A DNA stretch of 62,318 nucleotides, counting the filler, from Choristocarpus tenellus KU-1152 (Eukaryota; Protista; Phaeophyceae), in NCBI GenBank assembly GCA_964200185.2. It is 9 parts of 9 records of this genome, joined end to end, with 100 filler letters (N's around TTAATTAATTAA, not from the genome) between each part and the next. Parts side by side here need not be neighbours in the genome. Positions count along the whole stretch, not along the records: positions 9,414 to 28,780 come from CAXNAD020000469.1; 8 more parts are not named here. One strand, written 5' to 3'. The translations under genes were made by a program, and so were the position numbers. The number at the start of each line of letters is the position of its first letter. Position 1 is the first letter of the stretch. Below the pieces are notes generated by a model. That model saw nothing but the letters and a program-made list of their open reading frames with translations. It was not told the origin of the DNA and did no database searches. Positions 12,858-24,393 of this stretch are shown piece by piece.

Positions 12858-15321
12858 ATGGATCAGCCTTCGTGGATGCAGGAGACCCGCCCCGCGGGTG
12901 GGGCTCCAGCGGGGAGTACAAGCGCAGCGAGTGCAAGTGGAGGGGCCGGACGGGCGGGGACTGCACCAGGCGGAGAACAAGGGTGAAAAATAGTTTTGCG
13001 AGTAGAGTTGGCGCTAGATATGGATAATTTCTCCCTACAATTGTTTTTTCTAAAGGATCTGTACTTATCATACCAAGTGTTTGGCTCATGAATCCTTGAA
13101 AACGTCGTAAACTGGACCACACAACAATTTGTTTCCCACCAGATGAAAACAATCAATTCCCCACATCCAGAGGATGGCACCCGTCCCACAACGTCAAGAA
13201 AGTATGTCCGTGAGTTCAATTTATTTTCCTTTCCGTGCCAACAACAGTTTTGCTGTTAGACTTTGACTTGCAAGAGTAGTCACGGTTGTAAATATGGTCT
13301 TGGTTCCACCAGACTCGACCTAGTCTGTGTGTAAAGATGTCATAACCCCATGTAAACTATGTGAATGGCCTCACATAAACTTTTCCAAGTGACCAGGTGA
13401 AGAAGATAAGAAAATGACTTTTGATAGCGTGCCTGTATCTATGTTCAAGCTGCCTGCAGAGTACATAGTTCATAATCAAAACCTCGTTGAAGAAAACGGT
13501 TAAGCCGTAAGTGCAAGAATGCAGTTGGGAAGGTGCAATACGTGCGCTACGCTCCTAATGGAAATACAAATGGAAGATATAAACAAATAAATCCGCTAAT
13601 GCAGTCCTCTTATATTTTTAGCAAGATCATTTCCCATGGTCAGCTTCCAACCTCAGTTCCTGTGCCTGGTGACCGTCACCCTCACACACCTTCACCTCGC
13701 CTCTGGATGAATGCAGGAAATTTATCCGCTCAATTTTTCACTTCATTAACATCGGATTGTCCGTGATGATGGCTGCATCTGCCGTGCTTAGCTTAATGGA
13801 CATACCCGGTGCTCACGAAGTCTTTCTGGCCCTCTATTTGTTGTGAGTTTGGAGTCATTGCAGTTCGCCCGTTGATTAGGGCTTGTACTACAGTACATGT
13901 TGATACATGTTGATACCTGTAGTTGTGACCAAGGCATATCCATTCTCTGTTATCCATGCGTCTTTGTGTGGTCAAGGTGAGAGAGTTTGAGTGTGTGAGC
14001 CTTGGGTCTAGGATGCCCAACCAATGAAGATAAAAGCCTTCAAGTTTCCTAGCAATATTTCACTGTTATGTGTAGGGCTCTCAGACTATAACCTACCCTG
14101 TGGTCACATAACTAGAATTTTCTGATCTGTGCTCCTTCTTTCTCTCCCCTCCCTCCTGGAGTCATCAATCTATTGTAGTCAATTGCTATGATCCAATCAA
14201 TTCAATTTGTTTTATTGATAAATATTGAAGTCTGCAATTTGGGAATTGTAGGTTGTTATTTTATTACATATATTCGTGCTGCATGATTTACTTCAAAATT
14301 CCTCATCACACTTGACATGTTATTTCAATCAAGTTTTTGAAATTGTTTTGAGTTGATTATTGAAATACTGGTAAGTTCTTTCCACCCAAAACACCAAAAT
14401 GGAGAACCTCACTTGAACCCAATGTGCAGGATTTTCGGAATCTTGCTCTTCGTGTATGAAATAGTCCGGGTCCTGATGCAACGCAGTGGACCACACAATA
14501 TCATGGTCAGGAATTTTGGGTTCTTCTTCGGAGCAAAGGGGAGGGGCCTCTACCTCGTTTTGTGAGATTGAGGGAGGGGGGAGAGGAAGGGGATTTGGTT
14601 TAAGGTGGTTTTCTATTGCTTGGCTAATTGCAATTAAAACATGCATTTCATTTAATGGAATTTTTTTGTTTTTGTTGATCTTTCATGCCCTTGACTAGTA
14701 AATACCTCTTAATATGTACAACAGTATCATTCAACCTATGTAAGTTGCTTTTTGTTGACTTACTCGTACTGTATCTCTATTTCATGTGATCGGTCAACAA
14801 TGCACACACACGTGTATCTATCTCCCTGTTTGGTTGCAAGGACATGTATTAAGGATGATGTTGTCGAATAGGATGGACAGTCACTTCTTGATCTCCTCAA
14901 AGTGTGGTAGTTACATATTTTGTGTGACAAGGACCTCTGGTGCAGTACGGCTAGATGGTGAAAAGAGGAGGCAGCCTTCTTTTTTTTGACACCCTACAAT
15001 TCCCCACAACAATTTCTGCCCACATTATGCATCCTCCCATGAATGCCCACTTATTTCCTACTCCTTACCTCTCGTCATTCTTTGTTCCATCTTACACGAT
15101 TCGTGGTATTCTTCATTATTGTTCTGGGGGATCACTACTTGGTGGGTGGGGGGGTTGGGTGTTGATTCAGTGTTGGTTTCCTGAACTTCCCGCTCAATAC
15201 AACTTTGAGCAAATGGACGGGTGTTGCAGTTCTAATCTGGGGCATTGTTACTGTGGTGACCTACATGATCCGCCCAGAGTGGTTTGAGGAGCCCAAGCCA
15301 CCACAAACAAGCACAGTATGA
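12858..15321 (+). CDS. COPI-associated / TVP15-like Golgi membrane protein (177 aa), complete; not shown as a unit in the ORF track
   Basis: Exons 12858..12982, 13717..13842, 14430..14561 and 15171..15321 splice in frame (534 nt) from ATG to TGA: MDQPSWMQ...KFIRSIFHFINIGLSVMMAASAVLSL...FLALYLLIFGILLFVYE...RNFGFFFGAKGRGLYLVFVGFL. The FGF....GRG.Y..F.G motif and four hydrophobic segments fit COPI_assoc. Confidence 0.85.
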
Positions 15322-18315
15322 CCCACAGCTCTGGGGATATGGAAGTGGGAGATGATGACTTTCAATAAGTGGAAGTGAGAAAGTATGGGTGTGTGGGTGT
15401 ATGTTTGGTTTCGACTGCTGCTGGGGAAAGTGTACAAATTTGATGACCATGGGAATATATTATCATAAGCTGCTTGCTGTTATTAACTGGTCAATGGTGG
15501 CAGTGCAACAGGTAGTGGGTGTGGGGTTTTGATGAAGGTTGACAGGTTGGAACTGTTCCCAAGTTTGCAGATTTGTGTCACGACATGTGCTTGACAGAAA
15601 AATATTTTGTTGTCATGGTTTGCTTTGTTTCTGTGAGTGCTGTGTCTTTGCTTTTTTGTTCCTTCGAGTTTAAGGTCAGACTGAGGGAGCACAGTTCTTG
15701 ACTTGTCCTGTGCCAAAGAATATAGCTGTTTCTGTCTGCGGTACTCCATTTTGCTAGTGTGCACTCCTTGGAGGCAATTATTATGTAGGGACCTATGTGT
15801 GAAGCAAAGCAAAGCATGTAAGCAGGAGTAAATGTGCCCATGCCCCTTGATCATGGAGTCTGCTGGCATGGGCCGGCTGTATGCAGTTCATAGGTTCCTT
15901 TGGGGGAAGAGGCATTACCGTTTGCCTTGGACAACATGGATGGTCTTTCACATTAGACACGTGTGGTATAGACTGGTTCAAGGCCTGGGGGAAGGTACAC
16001 ATTTGTTGAGAACAGCGGGAGAACGATGCTTATGTAATGGTTCTTCAAATGGACTGGGCAAAGGAGTTTTGACCCCCTTAGCCTAAGGTATGTATGGATC
16101 TCAGATCACTATGTGCAGTCAGGAAGATCTGTCTGGCTGTTTGCCAATGAGAAATGAGAAGCAGGACTTGCTGCCCTTGGGAGTAGTGCTGAACACTTGG
16201 AGATGTAACCATCAAATGGGGTAGGAGAGGCACGACTTTCCATTGTTGTCCAGTTAATATTGCGCGAAATCAGCATTGTAGGTTACACTTTGACTTACAG
16301 AACATGGTGTCTCAATGTTATCAGCGAGGACAGTAAGAGTACATCTACTCTCTTGAACTCAAGCACTCTCACTAAGATAATGCCGTCACTTCCATTACTT
16401 CTGCATCCAGAGCCATAATGTCTGCCAAGGTCTTCTATGCTTCATCAGTGATAGATTAGAAAGGCGCTTTAATAATTCCCAGTGGTAGATATGATCATTA
16501 TGGTATAAATTGTCACTTCAGAGATTAACCTTGTCATACCACAAATTGTTATCAAGAACAAGTTTTAACATGGAAGTGGGTGCGATATTTTATCATGTTC
16601 CTCATTTTTCTTGCTATGTGATTTTTGTTGTTGATTCCTTGTGCAATCGACAAAATCCGTTATATGAAATTCTGATTTTCATCCTTGTGCATCCAGGGGA
16701 GGTTCTGGGGAACTTTGAAAGCAGCCGTAATTCCTGGTACAGAGCTAGTATCCGTCCTTCATGAGGTGGCTGCTCACACTCTGGAGCTGTTTCAGTGAAT
16801 TATTGCGAAGCGAATGTTAGCTCTGTACCATAAATTCAATACATCAATGGTCTCTTCGGTAAGGGGTGTACAGGACTAAATACATACCTCCTCCGTTCGG
16901 AATTAAATGTAACATGACTTTTGGAATAAAGAAATAGTCGGTAAAGAGTCATAGAACAACAGAAATATGGGTGGATAGCAAAAGATCGCAAAATGACCAA
17001 AGCCTGATTACCTCTTGTTTACTTTGGCTCACTGCTGCTACTCTTGTTCTTCTCTTTGTTCTCCTTCATGTTGCCACAGTATCCTACAACTACTACAGGA
17101 CCAGAAACATTACTGTTGATATTCAAAACGTCACCACTACTTCTACTTTTACTACACCATAATAATAAGGAAGTGAAGATCATTGACGAATAATTAGGAG
17201 TGGTGCTGTTGACAACCACAACAACAAAACTAGAAAAAGGGACAGAGAAAAAGAGGAAGCATGGGTAGTAATCAAAATGTGTGTGCAGATGTCAGTGCAT
17301 CTATGTTATGATGATGGTAGCAGCTGTTGTTGTACAGGTTATAATTAGTAGCAATTTGTAGTGGTACAACAAACAACACATCTACGTTCACACACAACAT
17401 AGAGGATTACGACAAATGAACAGGCATCATCATCATCGCTGAGGTAGGTAGGTACATACCTTAGATTGCTAACAGAGCGCTTGCATGTGGACGATATGGC
17501 GCCAGAGTTTAAGTTTATACGAGATCTCACTCCACGTTTCAATTAGTCACTCTGAATCCAACACATACACCCTGTATTTCGACCATGCAGATGTACCCCT
17601 GCCCAGCTTTCTCGCTTTCAAGCAACATCATACTACGCCATGGCCCTGAAATTGTTTGGCACTCGCCCAACCACCATGTTTGCGCGCAACTGACCCTGCG
17701 AATAAGAATATTCGAAACAACACTGTTGTATCAAGTCTTCACAACAAGGAGTATCTTCTTCGTGCTATATACCGAACGATGAATAGGTCGAGGTTTCGGT
17801 GGGGATTTGAGACTTCCACCATCATCCCGAGTATGTTCTGTAACTGAGAGTCGTACTATCATACATATTAAGGACTTTCCATGGAACCTCTACCAGGAAT
17901 TAAACTGACCTGGTGGCCTGGCTGAGGTTGGGGGCTGGCGTCTGGAGTGGTCGAAAGACTGACTCTGATAAAACATACAACAATAATGCTACTCTACATA
18001 GTATTTCATATTTTACTAGGAACAAGGTGGAATTTTTTTGTGTTCGACTATATTTCACTGAACCAGACCGTAATTTGTCGTGTCATGTTTAGCGGGTTTC
18101 GGACAGTGTAAGAAGTTGATAATCTTAGTCCAGGATAACCATGTCCTCACAGGTTACTGAAGTTTAGCATTAGCAAGTAGGCGTGCGTGTTTCTCATTCC
18201 TCGCGCCCGACTCGCCGCAGTCTAAATTTCTTGTTACAACGTTCCTACAACACAAACGAGTAGTACAAAATAGGACACCACGTTAAGCCTTCACACAAGG
18301 TTGACGCCCTCCAAG

Positions 18316-19460
18316 ATGGCACCTCCTCGCTCGCGTATCCTGACGAAAATTGTTGGTGCAATCATCGCGGTGGTCACTGTCCTCCCATCAATAGCTTTTG
18401 GGTTCCTTCAAGTTGGTTCTCTAGGTATATCTAGGAACATCAAACAGTACGCACAAGTTGCAGCTGGAACAGGAACGATTTCGCACCCGCAGATATTGGG
18501 GAATTCAACACCGCTTATGCTGATGAACCATAGAAATATGGTGAGGTGGTCAAGATCAATCAACCCTCATTTGTGGGTCAAAATGCCGTAGGATTGGAAG
18601 GGGAGGAAGACCGTGAGACACCCAAAGTGTGCGTAGTTTACATGTGACTGTGAATAATGTTGCTTGGAGGAGTTTGTGCCGCTGAAAATGAGGGCTTGAA
18701 TTAGTATTCTGCCTAACCGTAGTTGCAATGGCATATTTCCTAAAAAATTTAAATGACACTGAGTGTATGTTGCTCGAAGTCGATATTATGTTTTGTACGA
18801 CAAGTGGTAACACCCAAATTACAACCCGTCTTGCTTCTCATCTTCTTGAATCCCTTCCAGGGAGCTCCAAATACTTCTGTTCGTCACGTTTTTGATGGGT
18901 CAAAAGGGGTGTTCGGTTCCGCAGGGGCTGCCATCATGGGTGCTCTGGTCAACCCATCAAATGCGGTGGCCAAGTATGTCGATCCTGACGATGTAAGTTT
19001 TAGAGCAGGATTAACTAATAATGTATTTATTCACATGATCTCTCTACATGTAGAAAGTATTGTCTCTACCAAACTACCTCATATTTCATCTCCTCCTTCG
19101 TGCATGGGGTTTGGTATGAACGCAAAAGGCGAACTTCCTCCAATCTGCATGTCATTGGTTGTGGGCGATCTGTTGTTTATTGGCATCGCCTTGCTGCTCT
19201 ACATGTAGGTTTTTGTCTGTGCCCGCCTACCTCATATTTCACTTTTTCCCTCATGCGTGCAGGTTGGTGTGATCGCAAAAGGCGAACTTCCTCCAATCTG
19301 GGTGCCATTGGTTGTGGGAGGTCTGTTGTTTATTGGCATCGCTTTGCTGCAGGGTAGCCTCGGTGATGTTATGGATGCAGAAGCAAGAGTGGGACAGATG
19401 TCGGGGGCAAGAGCAGCTAAGCAGAGTGCTCGCGACCGCAGCATGTTCAAGAAGAAATGA
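18316..19460 (+). CDS. Small predicted plastid/thylakoid membrane protein of unknown function (184 aa)
   Basis: Exons 18316..18540, 18861..18992 and 19263..19460, all phase 0. It has a signal peptide ending AFG-F (ASAFAP-like), a second hydrophobic segment ending AVA (lumen-transfer-like), one TM segment (ELPPIWVPLVVGGLLFIGIALLQGSLGDVMDAEA) and a basic tail. Confidence 0.75.
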
Positions 19461-21984
19461 GCAGGGATGAGGGAACCGGGTGGGATAAAGTTCGTCCCGA
19501 AAACAAGTGAAATATTGGAGAGTGATGGTATGGAGGACTTGAGTATGATTATACAGCAACTGGTAATGTGGGCAGGGTGTGGGCGCATAGATCTGTAGTC
19601 TTTCAGCTGTATTTTGTCATTGACTGAGTGAGTGCCTCGTGCATCAATACCTGTGTAGTGGTAGTGATGGATGATAAGCAAGATATGCGTGTTTGTAGAT
19701 ATGTAATTTTGAAACTTTTGACGAATAATCAAGGTCATAAAATCAACCATAATCCAAAAACCGAAGCTATCCTTTGGTGATGACGTTCAGACTTCAGCTA
19801 TAAGGAACTACTTTTTGCATGTTAATTGCTATAATCCCATTTAATTTGAGTTGGTAAGCGTCCCTTTGCCACATTACCTTGACTTCTTACAAACCCAGAC
19901 CTTTCCAAAATCTTGATATAGATATGTAAATAGAATTACCACTCTTACTCAACCATTGCTTTTTCCAATCTCATCCAATGTTACAACCCCCAAGGCATCA
20001 TGATAGAGCCCCGTACATTGTTGGCATGTCTGTTAGACTCATCAACGATTCTAGACAGTGTGTTGTGATGGATTCCAAGGACCTTCATTCTATACCTGAA
20101 AGTGAAGCTGTGCAGAGCCACAGGTATTTACTACAACATTTTGAGACCTGTGAAAGTTTCGTCCTACGTAGTACTACCAATCAGAGTGAGAAGCCAATGA
20201 TGTGCCCAAAATACGTTCATGTTATGGTCCATGATTGCAATCTCTCTATGTACAATCTCTTTGCCTAGCCTGTTGATTTTTCCCTGCCTTTACTATACTC
20301 CCTTTGCATTTATCGGTTTGGTGGCGCAAAAATCCAGCGGGGAAGAGACGCCCCCTCGATTAGTGCACCTTGTTCTCATTCCGTGCAGATGACCTCTCGA
20401 GGCGAACAACAAAGTGTTCGCCATACTTGCTACAGATGCCAACATTACGATGACCCAGACTCCCTGGGGTAGGACAATGCAGTTACATGGACACAAAGGG
20501 AGAATTGAAATTGAGAATAAATTAAAATTGCTGTTGTGGGACCTCACTTAGGTATTGAGAAAGGGCCACAAGTCTCATTATACACCAACACATCACCGCA
20601 AGTGGGCAATCACCGTGATAAGAGCCTGAAGAAAAATTTGTACATCTCACAAGTCGTGGGAATAAGAAGTCTCAAAAGGCGAGATCGCTCACCCCTTCCG
20701 TCAAACTCGAAGTTGATGCACCCACCGACACAGTGGCAACTGAAGCTACTCCTAAGCTCCGCACTATGACCCCTATCTGAGGTTGATCGTCTTGTGTGTT
20801 CAATCCCAAAACTCCAGCAGAGGATCCCAATATCTGTGGCCGACCATCCAGGAGGAGTGAATGCAACAGATGGGGGGTACGGCGACGGCGATGGTTCGCG
20901 AATGAACTGCGATTCTTTCCACACACTCAGTATGCACTACACTACAAACGTATCTGTGTCGTCACAAAAAAATAGTGACGAAAGTATTTTACCGAGCTCC
21001 TAGTATCTCTAAAGGCACAAAAAACATCATTCTAGCTTACCAAAGCATGAGGGAAGGGCGAGGAAATACAAGCAAGGATAGTAGATATGTTGGCAAGTCG
21101 TATGAATTTCAATGTGGAGGAGGATTGAAAACTCTTGGCCTTCGTATACTAACCACTCCAGGTGCAGAACTTATCCATCCCGATGATGAATCCATTCTTG
21201 GCCATAGTGCGACTGATGCAAGACCAAACACTGTCCCAAGCATGGTTCCCAGAAGCTGCGACGGGCAAAGACGTGAAGTCAAATGCAAAAGATCTTTTTC
21301 GCCGCTTTTCGCCTAAGCAGTGGAAGTATGCGCATGGTGTCAATGCATGTCTCTCATATTTTCCTACCTGCTGACCAAGCCAGCACGGGGGGTTGGGGAT
21401 TTGATGGTCATCGTCATCCTTCATTATATATGTGTTCTCTTCCCTAAGTAAGGTGAACACCAATTGCAATGCTCAGGGTTTGCACACCAGCGGTATAGTT
21501 TTTCTTCAACAACACATTGATGTTACATACATACAGTATGGGGACACTCATGTGATGCGGAGGAAAACAATTGGCAACTCCTCGTCCTCTTTTTGTTGTA
21601 ATTTTATGAACCATACATCCATACATAATTGATAGATGTCCAAAAACAATTAATAATGACTGAATAAAGCCTCCACAAATTTGAAAGCCGGTACAACTTT
21701 TAGGGATGGAAGGGGTAAGCAATTGCTGTACTCTGTAAGGAGCTGGGTCATGAGCTTGGTACCCCAAGCGGTCCTGGACCTGTTCCACTCTGCTGATTTG
21801 GTCAAGGTGAATAGTGCATGAATATAGAACTTTTTCTCATACTTTGTTAGATTCCAACATGCCATTTGTTCCCCCTTATCTTTGAACCGCTCTCTGGATG
21901 ACCATCTTTCGTCTCTTACCACTATGTCGATGTTGAGGAATGGGAATCCACTTGCTCCCCCTTTCCCCTGTTGAATTGAATTAG

Positions 21985-24393
21985 AGGCAACGCTGTCTTG
22001 AATATGAAAGCGCTGGCTCTGATGCCAGTGGTGCTGGTTCTGTCGTTGCTGACCAACACGAGGAACCAAGAAAGGTTCACGACAAGCTCAATGCCGACAA
22101 GGCACTTCGTGAGCAGTATATGGCGTTGCTGGAGAGGGGAGATGGAAGTGTATCACTAGCTGATAGAGTGAAAACTCTGAAGCGTATGGTGATCTCGAAA
22201 GGTGGGCTTGCCGGTTGATCCAGGTTCCTACGTTTGAATGACCACGGATTGCAACACAATTGCGCCCCTCTTTCATCGCAGGTTTGCTCACTCCTTACCC
22301 TTTATGTGTTGGTTACTACACTCGTATCTCTTTTTCTCTTGATGTGATAGGCCTCCCCGCTGGAGATCATGACTTTGGAAGACAAGGGGCTCAATCCCTC
22401 AACTCAGAGTTTTCGCTAAGGGGTCTGGTGTGGAAGGTACTTCTGGGTAGTGTGCATATGGATGTCATGCTATATCTGCACCTTGTGGGTCAAGGAGCCT
22501 CCTGGGCCGATGCCAAGATCCGTGACGACACCTTCCGGACTTTCAGAGGAGACCAGGAATTTCGACGGAGAGTTCCAGAGGACAAACTATCAAGGGTAAA
22601 CAATGCGTTTGTGCGTTTGAATTTCCCAGAAGAGGCAGATCGAGATGAAAAAGAACGGGGTGCTGAGGGCCCTGGAGTTAAAGAGATAAAGTCTGGGCCA
22701 GCAGGAGCCAAAGGAGGGCAAAGAAGTGGTGGCTATGTGCAGGGCATGACTGTTCTTTGTGCTCCGTTGCTTTTTGTCATGCCAGAAGTGGATGCGTTCT
22801 ACTGTTTTGACTCATTGCTGACGAGGCACATGCCCAGGTAGGTGCTCATGAGGCTGTGCTTTGTCAAACTCACCAATTGACATTCTTTCTGGTGCTAGAA
22901 ATACCAACAATACTGTCACTCAAATCGTGCCTGTGTTGCCCATCAATAGTCGCCCCACTCTTTCCTTGAACCTGGAATTTGGATTGTAGACTAGAACATG
23001 TTTAATCTGCTGACAACATCGGCCACCTGTTTCCAGGTATGTGGCAGCAAATCTGGATGGTGTCCATGGGGGCTGTGCCCTCGTAGATCGAGTTCTGGCA
23101 GCAGTTGACCCTGTGCTCTTCAATTACCTGGAGAGTAAGTTCCTGACAGCAGCAATATATGCGTTCCCGCTCATTTTGAGCCTGCACGCTTGTATCCCAC
23201 CGCTTGAGGAAGTTGTAAAACTCTGGGATGTGATGTTTGCATTTGGGGTTCACCTGGAGGTCCTGGTGTGTGTGGCCCAGGTAGGAACACTCGAACCCCA
23301 CCTTATGGGCGTGTATTACCTTGAACATGTACTCAATGTCATTCTCATTATGTCTCACTACAATCTACTCTTGTCTTGTTAAGATACTTTTTTCGTCTCA
23401 GCAGCATGTATTCACACCATTACACCCACCATCGATTTTGAGTGCTTCCTCTTTTTTCTTTTTTCTTTTTTCTTCCCCACAAGCTCCCTTAGCCAATTTT
23501 ATCAGATTAGTTGCATTTGTTGATTGAAGTTGATCATATTTAGTACTCATCATTAAGGGTATTTTTAAGTTTTGGGATCTTAAAGAGGCATAAAAAGTTC
23601 AGTGCTCCAATGCTGGCTGAAGTGTAGTGAGGCACCATAGAGGGTTTGAGTTGGTGTGTAGTTGTTCTGACCAATGCCTCTTTTTGATGCTGAATGAGCC
23701 GTTTGGATTAAAGATAGGGTTGGTAGATCATACCCTCTCAATGATGAACTTGCTGCTGGGGTTTTGACAATTTTTGTTTTCATCTTGTATTTTTTTGGGG
23801 TTGGGAGTTCAATTATATTAACTGTTCGAGGGGGGTGTGTACAGTGTCCAATCATGAATCATTTTTCGTGATACACTCTGAGTACTTAAGAAGGATTGTG
23901 CTGCCAATATATGGTAGAGATTTTGCAAGCTATGTCATTGGAGATCCTGTCATTGAAACGTCGAGGACTTGGGTGCAAAGGCGGTTCTATATGTCGTTTT
24001 CTACCCATACTGAGTACTTCGTATACATCCAGACGGTTTTTGAAAGATGTTAGAGGATTATAAATACTGCAATATCTGCTTTGTTAATACAAAAAAGTAT
24101 GACTCCCATGCTCCTTGTCCTTTGATGCTTTGACTTGTTGCTCTACTTCATCATTCTCCCTGCATTTGTGTGTACAGTGTGTAATGCTGCGGGATAAACT
24201 CCTGCAGGAACCTAATCCCTACCAGCACTTGAATGCACGTTATCTTCCACCATTGGATGCCGAGCTTCTTGTGGCTGCTGCCTTCTCCTTGATACCGCAC
24301 ATCCCTGCAGCCCTCATGGATGAGATCACACGCCACCCATTCACAGAGGAGGAACCAGATCGAATCGTCAGTAATGCCTCTGGTGGTACCTAA
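21985..24393 (+). CDS. BUB2: TBC-domain GTPase-activating protein, Bub2/Cdc16-like; 5' end unresolved
   Basis: Exons ~21985..22201, 22351..22837, 23037..23280 and 24178..24393 are in phase. TBC motifs: LRGLVWKVLLG, IRDDTFRTF, YVQGM. Bub2/Cdc16-type stretches: NLDGVHGGCALVD...LTAAIYAFPLILSLHACIPPLEEVVKLWD.MFAFGVH. Confidence 0.85.

Noticed and set aside
15480-16900. Possible decayed viral or TE coding sequence
   Set aside because: No recognisable motif in the frames examined.
20293-21400. Possible 5' exons of the TBC gene or a separate gene
   Set aside because: Coding-like composition, but I could not build a stop-free, splice-consistent model.
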